Shown one piece after another: positions 1 to 8,282 of a stretch of 35,714 nucleotides of DNA (position 1 is its first letter; every line of letters starts with the position of its first letter). The position numbers and the translations under genes are program-made. The stretch lies in the IMG/VR virus record IMGVR_UViG_3300044557_000432, positions 1 through 35,714 of that record; one strand, 5' to 3'. The notes under the pieces are model-generated. The model saw only the letters and a program-made list of their open reading frames with translations. It had not been told where the DNA came from and did not search any database. The stretch comes from a virus.

Positions 1-127
1 CGCCTTCGGCACCTGTATCGAATTTCGTTCCACCCGACACGGACATGAATCAGGACCCCGATTTCTCGGGGTTCGCGGCATGAGGGACATGGAGGAGTCG
101 ATGGCACATATCTTCAGGAGACTGCGG
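1..127. repeat. Terminal direct repeat, identical to 35588-35714 (assembly overlap of a circular molecule)
   Basis: cgccttcggcacctgtatcg...cttcaggagactgcgg read at both ends; it carries the ssb 3' end and the start of the XRE gene. Confidence 0.95.
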
Positions 128-325
128 TTGGAGAGCGGCGAGACCCTGCAGACGGTGAGCGAGCACGCCCACCTGAGTCTGGGTTATCTCAGCGAGGTTG
201 AGCGCGGTGTGAAGATGCCCTCCACGGGCATGATCAGCCGCCTCTGCAAAGCGCATGGTGTGCGTCTTTCGACGTTGGTTCGCGATACGGCGGACCTCAT
301 GGATTCGGACGAGGAGGAGCAATGA
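80..325 (+). CDS. XRE-family helix-turn-helix transcriptional regulator
   Basis: 81 aa; LQTVSEHAHLSLGYLSEVERG is a classic XRE HTH; the ATG overlaps the ssb stop (ATGA). Confidence 0.8.
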   Translation: MRDMEESMAHIFRRLRLESGETLQTVSEHAHLSLGYLSEVERGVKMPSTGMISRLCKAHGVRLSTLVRDTADLMDSDEEEQ

Positions 326-1272
326 GCACGGATGGTTACGCGCAATGGAGCAACTCGCTCTACCGCAACGAGAAGATGTGCCAATTCGCCGAGGAGCAAC
401 CCAGGGCCTTCGCCTTGTGGGGGTTCTCCATCAGCTACTGCAGCGACCAGTTGACGGACGGTTTCGTGTCGGTTTTCGCGTCGAAAAGATTCCTTTCCGC
501 GAGGAAACGCGAGATAAACGCGTTGGAAAAAAGCGGGTTGTGGGAGAAAACCGAGGGTGGTTGGAACGTGCACGACTATCTGGAATGGCAGAATTCGAGC
601 GAGAAAATCACCAAGAAACGTGACGCCGCGATGAAACGTCAACGCAAGCATCGCGGTGATTCCACCGATTCACCCGATTCCGTCACACCGTCTGTCACGC
701 GTGACACGGAGCGTGACAACCCGGGTGACGTCACGGAGTCTGTCACATCGATGTCACGCCCCCAAAACCTAAAACCTAAAACAAAACAAAAAGAGAGAGA
801 AGAGAAAAAATCCTCTCCCTCGGATGATGTTTTCGATTGGCGGACCGCGTTGGAGGCATGGAAGCCGAATCCGTCGCACTACCAGACCGCCAGGGACCAG
901 CTCGAGAAGGGTTACGAGCTCGTCGACATTCCTCAGATCGAGCAGGATTTCAGGCTCAGCGTTCTGAGCAAGTCAAACAAGTACGACTACCGGGATTTCG
1001 ATGCGGCTTTCACGAACTGGATCCTCAAGCGCAGCCGTGACCAGAAGCCCATGGATCCCGCCGCGAAGGGAAAGACCCCTGGGGGTCGTGAGATAACCGA
1101 GGCGCAGATTCAACGGGTTCTGACTCCCATCGATTTGAGTTATCCGGATTTGGATTACGTGACGAAGCGGAAGGCCGTCATCGACGCGTTGAAGCAGACG
1201 AAGAGTTTGAATACCGCGGCCCAGATAGCCGGCGCGATGCTCGATCAGGCGTGGGTGGAGATGGGTTCATGA
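322..1272 (+). CDS. Putative replication initiator / replisome organiser-like protein
   Basis: 316 aa; N-terminal GWNVHDYLEWQ-type winged-helix-like region; a linker encoded by the iteron and A-rich DNA; the position (early operon after ssb) fits. Function is inferred. Confidence 0.5.
   Translation: MSTDGYAQWSNSLYRNEKMCQFAEEQPRAFALWGFSISYCSDQLTDGFVSVFASKRFLSARKREINALEKSGLWEKTEGGWNVHDYLEWQNSSEKITKKRDAAMKRQRKHRGDSTDSPDSVTPSVTRDTERDNPGDVTESVTSMSRPQNLKPKTKQKEREEKKSSPSDDVFDWRTALEAWKPNPSHYQTARDQLEKGYELVDIPQIEQDFRLSVLSKSNKYDYRDFDAAFTNWILKRSRDQKPMDPAAKGKTPGGREITEAQIQRVLTPIDLSYPDLDYVTKRKAVIDALKQTKSLNTAAQIAGAMLDQAWVEMGS
681..812. promoter_or_regulatory. Candidate origin of replication: 8 GTCAC/GTGAC iterons (682-757) followed by an A-rich tract (761-812) inside the initiator gene
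   Basis: GTCAC at 682, 694, 730, 742, 753 and GTGAC at 701, 713, 725, mostly 11-12 bp apart; followed by ccccaaaacctaaaacctaaaacaaaacaaaaagagagagaagagaaaaaa. Confidence 0.4.
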
Positions 1273-1487
1273 GACAGGTCAATGCGAAGGCGCAGGCGGT
1301 GGCGATGCTCTCGATGCCAGGCAAGTGGTTCATCGTGAGCTTCCAAAAATCTGAGCATTCCGCTCGTGCTCGTGCCAGCCAGTTCAGGAGCGGCAGGTGC
1401 GGGGCTTTCGCTCCACCGGGATTCGAGTTCGAAGCCGATTCGATCAACGGACTTCCAGTGGTGTTGGGGAGGTTCCTGAGCGAATGA
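1269..1487 (+). CDS. Hypothetical protein
   Basis: ATGA overlap with the upstream stop; 72 aa from the internal M of track ORF 1251-1487. Confidence 0.5.
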   Translation: MRQVNAKAQAVAMLSMPGKWFIVSFQKSEHSARARASQFRSGRCGAFAPPGFEFEADSINGLPVVLGRFLSE

Positions 1488-1553
1488 GCGGCGTGTGGTT
1501 GTTTTTCGTTGTCATGACGGTGGTCGTGGCATGGATCGGAAAGGGTGATTGAC

Positions 1554-1814
1554 ATGGCGTATGCGGAGATCGATTTGGATGAGTACGAGGACGAAGTTCT
1601 GCGTGATGCGTCCACTGCCGCTTTAGAGGAGGAGCTGGACCGTCGCGTGGATTCGACGCTATTGAAGGATTACAGGGATTCGGAGCGTGTGACAACGTCC
1701 CGTATGGAAGAGCTTGTCCGCGAGAACACGGCGTTGAAGATAGAGAACTCGATCCTCAAACAACGCTTGGGACGCTTCGACTGCAACATCAACCTCAAGG
1801 TGGTGAACCAATGA
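1554..1814 (+). CDS. Hypothetical acidic coiled-coil protein
   Basis: GGAAAGGG 8 nt upstream of the ATG; alternative GTG start at 1545. Confidence 0.6.
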   Translation: MAYAEIDLDEYEDEVLRDASTAALEEELDRRVDSTLLKDYRDSERVTTSRMEELVRENTALKIENSILKQRLGRFDCNINLKVVNQ

Positions 1815-2071
1815 GCATCGCCACGGAAGAAGCCGAGAGGAAATACCCGGCATTCAGTGGAGATATGAAAAGGCGCTCGCTGAATATGCCTTTCCATATC
1901 GGTTATGTGAATGGTCGTACTGCTCCTGTGACAGAGGCTGAGATAGAAGCAGCAACGCTCGCTGCTTCAGCGTTCGACGCAGAAAACCCAGTGATTGATG
2001 ACATTGATAATTATTTCAGATGTCTTTCGAACGCAGTGTTGTCTGCTGCTAGGAAGCAGGTGACCCAATGA
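1811..2071 (+). CDS. Hypothetical protein
   Basis: ATGA overlap, 86 aa. Confidence 0.6.
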   Translation: MSIATEEAERKYPAFSGDMKRRSLNMPFHIGYVNGRTAPVTEAEIEAATLAASAFDAENPVIDDIDNYFRCLSNAVLSAARKQVTQ

Positions 2072-2427
2072 GCACTGAGATTGATAGTGCCTGCATGGAT
2101 GAGATTACGTGTCCATGGTGTGGATACCAGTTTTCGGATTCATGGGAGATGGATGACGACGATTGGGAGATATGCGAGCAGTGCGGAAAGCATTTCAGTT
2201 GGTCTCGCGAGACAAGGGTCACTTACAGCAGTCAGAAATTCCGCGCTCGCACTCGCTTGATCGGTTATCCGCCCAACAAACCATGCGCTGTTTGCGCGAA
2301 GCCGCTTGAATCTTTCAAGTCTTATCTCTGCCCGTTCTGCTCCAAGATTCTGTGCGAAACCTGCGAGAGAAAGAAAACATCCTGCTGCAAGGACTACACG
2401 CAGGCTCTTCAGGAAGCAGGTGAGTAA
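2068..2427 (+). CDS. Cys-rich multi-zinc-ribbon protein
   Basis: CPWCG, CEQCG, CAVC, CPFC and CETC pairs; ATGA overlap. Confidence 0.6.
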   Translation: MSTEIDSACMDEITCPWCGYQFSDSWEMDDDDWEICEQCGKHFSWSRETRVTYSSQKFRARTRLIGYPPNKPCAVCAKPLESFKSYLCPFCSKILCETCERKKTSCCKDYTQALQEAGE

Positions 2428-2693
2428 TGAGTGAGAAAGATGAGGCAATCTATGACGATCTGCTCTCCAATCTGCCGACGGTCTCAGCCCACGCTTTTAG
2501 CTGTGGAGGACAGTGGGGCATAGGAATCGGTTTCAACCCGCATAAGACCAAACAGGAAAACCTGACTTTCACTTTCCACCAGATAAGCGTGGAGGCGGCA
2601 GAAGTTCTTATTTCCGGGCTTCAAAGAGCCGTTGCAGAAGCAAAAGATGAAAGTAACCCATTAACGCTGTTTGCCGAGGAAGCAGGTGTGTGA
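2427..2693 (+). CDS. Hypothetical protein
   Basis: TAATG overlap, 88 aa. Confidence 0.6.
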   Translation: MSEKDEAIYDDLLSNLPTVSAHAFSCGGQWGIGIGFNPHKTKQENLTFTFHQISVEAAEVLISGLQRAVAEAKDESNPLTLFAEEAGV

Positions 2694-3079
2694 TGAGTGA
2701 TTTCACTGATGATGTTCTTCGTTCGGAGGCGGGGTTTATCCGGGCTGCTCGTAAGCCCAGGGAGTTGAGGACCACGAGGGAGGAGGCTCTTCTTCCCCAT
2801 GCTCGTCGTTCGGATGCTGGTTCCGGTGTGGTTGATCCTGAGCGTCGTCTTGATGAGGCGTGTGGGAGCGTTATCCGTTCCGAGCGTATGCGGAGGGGTT
2901 GGAGCGTGTATGTGCTTGCTGAGCGTCTTCATGCCTCTCCCACGTTCGTGGTGACGAACGAGCGGGGTGAGTCTCGATTGACTCCACCGAAGATCGCTCG
3001 TTTCGCTGACGCGTTGGGTTTGAAACCCAGCGTTTTGTTGAGACGCATGTCGGAACGACTGGAGGACATCAATGAGTGA
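2693..3079 (+). CDS. HTH (XRE-like) domain protein
   Basis: IRSERMRRGWSVYVLAERLHASPTFVVTNERGESRLTPPKIARFADALGL resembles an XRE HTH; TGATG overlap. Confidence 0.55.
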   Translation: MSDFTDDVLRSEAGFIRAARKPRELRTTREEALLPHARRSDAGSGVVDPERRLDEACGSVIRSERMRRGWSVYVLAERLHASPTFVVTNERGESRLTPPKIARFADALGLKPSVLLRRMSERLEDINE

Positions 3080-3443
3080 GCCCTCCTGGAAGACGAAGAG
3101 TCTCGTGGATGCTCGTGACCAGTATTCGTGCGTGGTGTGCGGTAGGAGAATCACCGGTGACTGGCCTGGTGCCTCGCGACATCACAGGTTGCCGCGCTCG
3201 CATAAGTTCCCGGGCTTGCATTTGCCGTCGAATCTGATTCTCGTGTGTGGGAGCGGGGACACGGGATGTCATGGCAGGATCCACGCGAATCCGGCGTGGG
3301 CGTATGAGCGGGGCTTTTTGCTTCATTCGTGGCAGGACCCGTTGAAGACTCCTTTGAGGCATTGCAAATACGGGGAACTTCTTATTGACGACGAAGGCTT
3401 TTGGACGGTCTTCGACGAGAAGGAATTGGAGGAAGCAGAATGA
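3072..3443 (+). CDS. HNH endonuclease
   Basis: CVVCG...SRHHRLPRS...NLILVCGSGDTGCHGRIH; Cys pairs plus the H-N-H pattern. Confidence 0.75.
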   Translation: MSEPSWKTKSLVDARDQYSCVVCGRRITGDWPGASRHHRLPRSHKFPGLHLPSNLILVCGSGDTGCHGRIHANPAWAYERGFLLHSWQDPLKTPLRHCKYGELLIDDEGFWTVFDEKELEEAE

Positions 3444-3652
3444 AATTCAAGAAGCTGCGTTTGAGGATGCTGAAGCGTTCAATCGAATCACTCAAGGCGC
3501 GTACCACCAGTCTTTGGGCTGATTTGCGTGATTCTGATTCTTTGGAAGACCGGGACTTGGCTGGTGCCGTCTCAGATCTGGATAACGAAGTACGTGGTCT
3601 CCTCCCCCAGGTTTTAATCCTCATGAACAAGGCTGGTGATTCCGATGAGTGA
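3440..3652 (+). CDS. Hypothetical protein
   Basis: ATGA overlap; 70 aa from the internal M of track ORF 3401-3652. Confidence 0.55.
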   Translation: MKFKKLRLRMLKRSIESLKARTTSLWADLRDSDSLEDRDLAGAVSDLDNEVRGLLPQVLILMNKAGDSDE

Positions 3653-3887
3653 TCACATCCTGACCACCGAGGAAATCCGCGAATCCTATTTGCCTATCCG
3701 CATGGACGATGACGGTCTTCCCGAGCTTGATGATTCGGAAGCTCGAAAGGTTGAGTTCGACACGTGGCTCGCAGCCCACGATAAGCAGATCGAGGAGAAG
3801 ACACGGCTCTCGTATCAATGGCATCCGTCGACGAACCTGCTGCGCTCGACGGTGATCAATTCGAAGAATTTTGAGGATTTTTTATGA
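3645..3887 (+). CDS. Hypothetical protein
   Basis: ATGAGTGA overlap; alternative start at 3636. Confidence 0.55.
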   Translation: MSDHILTTEEIRESYLPIRMDDDGLPELDDSEARKVEFDTWLAAHDKQIEEKTRLSYQWHPSTNLLRSTVINSKNFEDFL

Positions 3888-4144
3888 GCTCTCATGGAAT
3901 GAGACCCCAAACACTCCGAGACCACGTCGAGAGCCACCACAGCCAGACAAACTACGAAAAAGAACGACTGCGCTCGCTGGTGCTTCAAGCGGAGAAGATT
4001 CGCACTGACGTCATTGAGGTTGGTGGCGTTTCTAATGATCCGATGCACCAAGCGGTTCTGCTGGGTGTGGCCCGTCAGCTCGAGGATGTTGCCGACAAAT
4101 TACGTGATGCATACGAATTCAATTATGTGGGAGAGATTTTATGA
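3884..4144 (+). CDS. Hypothetical protein
   Basis: ATGA overlap, 86 aa. Confidence 0.55.
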   Translation: MSSHGMRPQTLRDHVESHHSQTNYEKERLRSLVLQAEKIRTDVIEVGGVSNDPMHQAVLLGVARQLEDVADKLRDAYEFNYVGEIL

Positions 4145-4863
4145 ATGATTTGCTGACTCCGCAGGATGTGCGGGACGAACGGTTCGATGAGCGTTGGCTT
4201 CGTGGAGGCTATGACACCGTGCAGGTGGATGACTTCATGCAGAGGGCCGAGCACACCATAGATTCGCTGACCAGGCGTATTCCGGTGTTCGATGCCGGTC
4301 GCGTTCCGTCGGATATCGCGTTGGTGTGGCTTGACATCGAGACGTCTGGATTGGACCCGATGCGTGACGAGGTGCTTGAGGTGGGTGTCGTGGTCACGAC
4401 GGCTGACCCGTTCGAGGAGTTGAAGGCGTGGCAATGGGTCGTGCGCCCGGATGACTGGCCTCATACGAAGGCCCGCATGGTGAATTGCGTCCGCCGCATG
4501 CATGAAGCGAATGGTCTGATCGGTGAGATCGATGAGGGTCATGGTTCGCCTATCACTGCGGTGTTGGAGAGGATTCACTCTCATCTGCGTTCGTTGGGTT
4601 CCGAGAGGACTCTGCATTTGGCGGGCAACAGCGTGCATTTCGATAAGAGGTTCCTTGAGCAGAGGAATTCCTATGTCTTCGACGCTTTGAGCCATCGGGT
4701 GGTGGATGTGAGCAGTATCGACGTGCTGTTCAAAGCCTTGAGACCGAGCACGGTGCCGGAGAGCGGGATCCCCCACACGCACAGGGTCATGGATTGCTTG
4801 GAGACGAGCCGCTTGGTGTATGCGAGTTATCTGCAGGAGATGTTTGGAAAGGAAGCGAAATGA
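4141..4863 (+). CDS. DivIVA-like N-terminal domain fused to an oligoribonuclease (Orn)-like DEDDh 3'-5' exonuclease
   Basis: LTPQDVRDERFDERWLRGGYDTVQVDDFM matches the DivIVA N-terminal pattern. LVWLDIETSGLDPMRDEVLEVGVVVT, LAGNSVHFDKRFL, HRVVDVSSI and HTHRVMDCLETS match the Orn/DEDDh motifs. Confidence 0.75.
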   Translation: MNDLLTPQDVRDERFDERWLRGGYDTVQVDDFMQRAEHTIDSLTRRIPVFDAGRVPSDIALVWLDIETSGLDPMRDEVLEVGVVVTTADPFEELKAWQWVVRPDDWPHTKARMVNCVRRMHEANGLIGEIDEGHGSPITAVLERIHSHLRSLGSERTLHLAGNSVHFDKRFLEQRNSYVFDALSHRVVDVSSIDVLFKALRPSTVPESGIPHTHRVMDCLETSRLVYASYLQEMFGKEAK

Positions 4864-6215
4864 GCGAGGTTTCACAAGTAATCATGCTGCCGATCGATAA
4901 GGTAGTGCCGAACCCGGCGAACCCACGCAAGGACGTTGGTGACGTCACCGAGTTGGCGGAGAGCATCAAGGCGCAGGGCATTCGTCAGAATCTTCTCGTG
5001 GTGCCGATGCCGGCTGGAATGTACATGCTGGTCATCGGGCATCGTAGGCATTCGGCGGCCAGGCTTGCGGGTTTGACCGAGGTGCCGTGCGTTGTCGCCG
5101 AGTTGAGTGAGCGTGAGCAGCATGAGCTGATGCTGGTGGAGAACATTCAGCGCAGTGATTTGACTCCGTTGGAGGAGGCTGATGGTTTCCAAGGATTGCT
5201 CGATTTGGGTGAGGGCGTGGGTGAGATAGCGAAAGCCACGGGCCGTTCGAGGTTCACGGTGCGCAAGCGCTTGAAGATAGCGTCCATCCCCACCGGGTTG
5301 CGAGCGCGGGTTTCTGATGGCGTGCAGCCGTCGTTGGAGCAGTGGGAGGTTATCAGTCGTTACGCGGATTATCCGGATTTGCAGGAGAAGCTTGTGGAGG
5401 CGGCTGGTACTGATGATTGGGGGTATCAGTGCTCGCACGCCGAGCGGATTCTCGAGCAGGTCGAGTGGCGTGGCGGGGTGAATCGAATCCTCACCGAGTT
5501 GGACATCACGCCTGTGAGGTTTGGTGAATGGGGTGCTCCTCCGACCGAAGCCGAGGGCATGAAAACCGTTGCGAGCTTCTACTGCGGTAGCGATTCTCTC
5601 GAGGAGATAAAGACCGCGCTCACAGGATATGGTGATTCGTCCGTTCTGCTTGTCGCTTTCAATCCGGATGACGGTACCCAGGTGCGTGCGTGGATTCCGT
5701 TGGATGATTCCGAGCAGAGGGAGCGGACCGTACGTGAGGAGGAGCGCGAACGGAAGCGTGAGGAGGCTCTTACCAAGGCGAAACCGGTCCGGGAGTTCGC
5801 CGCGTTGAGCCAGGGCCTGCGCTTCGAGTTCCTTCGCCGCTTGTATGAAATGAAGACCACTCCCGTTCATACCGGTGAAGCGGTCTCCACAATCCTGCCC
5901 GTGGTGTTGGATTCGGGCCGGTGGCTCAATGCGGAGGATTGCCTGACGCGGGGCCTCAAGAAAATCGGGCTCCGTGAGACGATCCTTGAATCCGAGACCA
6001 CGCATCTGATGAGAGTCTGGGACGCACCCTCGGTCGCGCTGCTTATCGGCAGCTTCGTCCTTGAGGAATCACTCGACTGGGAACGATGGAAAAACAAGGA
6101 TTACATGGACATGTGGAAAGCCTATTACCACGCTCTCACCATCATCGGCTACCAACCCAGCACACAGGAGAAGAAGGCGCTCGCTGGTGGTTTCGTCGAG
6201 AAGGAGGAGAAGTGA
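4860..6215 (+). CDS. ParB-like N-terminal (nuclease/CTPase fold) domain protein
   Basis: IMLPIDKVVPNPANPRK ... VIGHRRHSAARLAG ... LVENIQRSDLTPLEEA; ATGA overlap. Confidence 0.75.
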   Translation: MSEVSQVIMLPIDKVVPNPANPRKDVGDVTELAESIKAQGIRQNLLVVPMPAGMYMLVIGHRRHSAARLAGLTEVPCVVAELSEREQHELMLVENIQRSDLTPLEEADGFQGLLDLGEGVGEIAKATGRSRFTVRKRLKIASIPTGLRARVSDGVQPSLEQWEVISRYADYPDLQEKLVEAAGTDDWGYQCSHAERILEQVEWRGGVNRILTELDITPVRFGEWGAPPTEAEGMKTVASFYCGSDSLEEIKTALTGYGDSSVLLVAFNPDDGTQVRAWIPLDDSEQRERTVREEERERKREEALTKAKPVREFAALSQGLRFEFLRRLYEMKTTPVHTGEAVSTILPVVLDSGRWLNAEDCLTRGLKKIGLRETILESETTHLMRVWDAPSVALLIGSFVLEESLDWERWKNKDYMDMWKAYYHALTIIGYQPSTQEKKALAGGFVEKEEK

Positions 6216-6514
6216 GTTATTCACAGGAGAAGATGAACAAAGCATTGAACCTCATCGAGGAGCTTCCAGCTGACCAGAACTGGTATATAGCCGCCGGATC
6301 CGGTATCAGCATCCAACAGATCGAGTTCATGAGAGTAAAGCGTCTCCTATCAATGGAGGGCAAGCAGGTCAGAGTGCGGTTCTCGAACAATACTCATGGC
6401 ACTCTCCTCCTCCGCCAAGTGGACAGGAAGAACCGGTGTGCGGTATTCGAAAGCCCCATGGGAGTCACCACGGCCGGATACTTGGAGATCACCAGTATCG
6501 AGGAAGTGAAATGA
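6212..6514 (+). CDS. Hypothetical protein
   Basis: GTGA overlap with AAGGAGGA upstream; alternative ATG at 6233. Confidence 0.5.
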   Translation: MSYSQEKMNKALNLIEELPADQNWYIAAGSGISIQQIEFMRVKRLLSMEGKQVRVRFSNNTHGTLLLRQVDRKNRCAVFESPMGVTTAGYLEITSIEEVK

Positions 6515-6765
6515 CCACCGCAAGACAGGACATGATTCAGGGAATACTGGCCCGTGGCATCGGCGAGCGCGTTCTGGTGAGAACATCAACACTTGAGATC
6601 AATGATGTTCTCAACGGGTATGGGGTGAGTCTCATCTCCACCTACGACGCCGAGGAATCGACCATGGTAGTCCTCGAGCAAACGTTCATCCTCGAATTCG
6701 ACTCCTCCGGGGAAATGAGCTTCACCGCGGACGAGATAAAGAGTATCGAGGTGCTCTCCTCATGA
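6511..6765 (+). CDS. Hypothetical protein
   Basis: ATGA overlap, 84 aa. Confidence 0.55.
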   Translation: MTTARQDMIQGILARGIGERVLVRTSTLEINDVLNGYGVSLISTYDAEESTMVVLEQTFILEFDSSGEMSFTADEIKSIEVLSS

Positions 6766-7139
6766 GCAGGCTCAAAACCCTACCGCTCATCATTCTTGTT
6801 CTCGCGCTCGCTGGCTGTGGTGCCCCCTATGTGGATGAAGGGGCCAGATCGGCGAGCGCGATAGCGAGGAGGAGCGTTGAAACCGAATTGCAGGCTGATG
6901 TCATGTGGGATATGGAATCACAAACTCGGAGCGGCAACACGTTGTATGAGACGGGTACGGTGCGCAGCGGGTGCACAACAACCACCATCCTCATACCCCA
7001 AACCATCATCGTCAACAAAACACCCATCACCACACTCAACCCCATACCAAACACCACCTGCACCACCACCCACACCTACAACCTCCACTACACACTCCAA
7101 GGAAAAACACTCACCCACCATTTCAAGGAGAAAAATTGA
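6762..7139 (+). CDS. Putative lipoprotein (lipobox LALAGC); the C-terminal half lies in a C+A-rich tract where all frames are open
   Basis: MSRLKTLPLIILVLALAGCGAP signal and lipobox. The 3' boundary is uncertain because the tract lacks stop codons in all frames. Confidence 0.5.
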   Translation: MSRLKTLPLIILVLALAGCGAPYVDEGARSASAIARRSVETELQADVMWDMESQTRSGNTLYETGTVRSGCTTTTILIPQTIIVNKTPITTLNPIPNTTCTTTHTYNLHYTLQGKTLTHHFKEKN

Positions 7140-7924
7140 ACCACTGCCCACTCTGCCACACACAAACCAACCAACCACTCTGCAAAAAATGCGCTCGCGA
7201 ATGGGTCAATGATCTGCATGAGATCTATCTGCTGCTTCCTCGAGTGGAGGCGTTGGCGCGCAAGGAGGAGCATGTGGGTGGCAGGCAGCAGGGTCATGCG
7301 AATCCCGCTTTCGCTCCCACTCCGGTGAGTCTGAGCGCTATGGATTACCTGCAGACCGTGTATTCGTCGCTCGATGAGCTGGCGACGGATTGCAGGGTAC
7401 CCCACGGCGAGCGCACCCCGTGGATGGTCATTGTGAAAAAGCTGATGGTGTTGGGTGTGCGCTTGGGGCTTGGGTGGACTCCGGTGGAATCACGAAAACT
7501 AACGCGGCGGGTGATGCTGGGTCTGCGTGTGCGTACCACTCCCGTGGAGGAGCGTTTGATCGTCGGCCGGTGTCTGAATCCGGTGTGTGGTCGCGAACTG
7601 GTGGCCGTGAAGGGACAAAGCGAGGTCGAGTGCCATGCATGCGGGAGCAACTGGAACATTCTCGCAGTGCTCGCCCAACGTCGTGAGGAGGTGCGTGGCA
7701 TGGATGTGAGCCGTATGGATCCTCTCATCACCACCCCCACCGGAATCACACGGTGGGTGAGGAAGAAGACGAACCTGCGCATCACCCGCCAAGCGGTGAG
7801 CATGTGGATACGACGAGGGAAGATGCCCAAGACCAAGGCCCTTGATGACGGCACCTATGATTTCGACCGCGTGGAATTATGGGACTTGGTCATCGATGTT
7901 CTCACACAGCATGTTTCGATTTGA
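7136..7924 (+). CDS. Zn-ribbon plus C-terminal HTH DNA-binding protein (candidate late-gene regulator)
   Basis: TTG start overlapping the upstream stop; CPLC..CKKC and CLNPVCG..CHACG; ITRWVRKKTNLRITRQAVSMWIRRGKMP is HTH-like. The His-rich upstream extension to 6971 is not excluded. Confidence 0.5.
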   Translation: MNHCPLCHTQTNQPLCKKCAREWVNDLHEIYLLLPRVEALARKEEHVGGRQQGHANPAFAPTPVSLSAMDYLQTVYSSLDELATDCRVPHGERTPWMVIVKKLMVLGVRLGLGWTPVESRKLTRRVMLGLRVRTTPVEERLIVGRCLNPVCGRELVAVKGQSEVECHACGSNWNILAVLAQRREEVRGMDVSRMDPLITTPTGITRWVRKKTNLRITRQAVSMWIRRGKMPKTKALDDGTYDFDRVELWDLVIDVLTQHVSI

Positions 7925-7986
7925 CAATGAAGGCTGTTACCGAGATTTTGTATAGAGTTGGTATTTTCCATATGGGAACACCAAAC

Positions 7987-8019
7987 GAACCCCGGGACTC
8001 TTAAAAGTCTCCGGGGTTC
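7987..8019. terminator. Strong hairpin between convergent genes (bidirectional terminator candidate)
   Basis: GAACCCCGGGAC-tcttaaaa-GTCTCCGGGGTTC. Confidence 0.5.
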
Positions 8020-8111
8020 ACCTCTAGTGGGCATGCTGAAATGCGATGAGCCGTAGTCCTCTCGCAAGCCTCTGCCCCAATATCCTCTTTGAGGAGTCAC
8101 CACAAGGTGAG

Positions 8112-8282
8112 TTACAGTGAGACTTGTCCGCTAGTTCCGCACTTTGGGCATTCGTAGTAGGCGTATTCCCTATCCTTTGCTATCTCGTCTCCGCCCGCTG
8201 CATATCTTTTAAATGGTTCGTTGCGTACGTCGTCGGTCATGAATTCATGACCACAGTTGAAACACTTCACTGATTTCTCCAT
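8112..8282 (-). CDS. Small zinc-ribbon protein on the reverse strand, in a low-GC islet
   Basis: MEKSVKCFNCGH...YYECPKCGTSGQVSL; GGAAGGGAGG RBS 5 nt upstream of the ATG at 8282. Confidence 0.6.
   Translation of the reverse strand: MEKSVKCFNCGHEFMTDDVRNEPFKRYAAGGDEIAKDREYAYYECPKCGTSGQVSL

Noticed and set aside
5693-5703. 9-mer GGATTCCGT shared with site F, here and at 12119-12128, plus CGGAATCCC at 11724-11732
   Set aside because: 9-mer matches are expected by chance at this window size, and the full TTCCGTA core is absent.
6971-7135. His-rich N-terminal extension (MHNNHHPHTPNHH...) of the Zn-ribbon/HTH gene, and the Pro/Ser/Thr-rich ORF 6877-7212
   Set aside because: These frames are open only because the tract lacks T and G. 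A TTG start at 7136 coupled to the upstream stop is more parsimonious, but this cannot be excluded without expression data.
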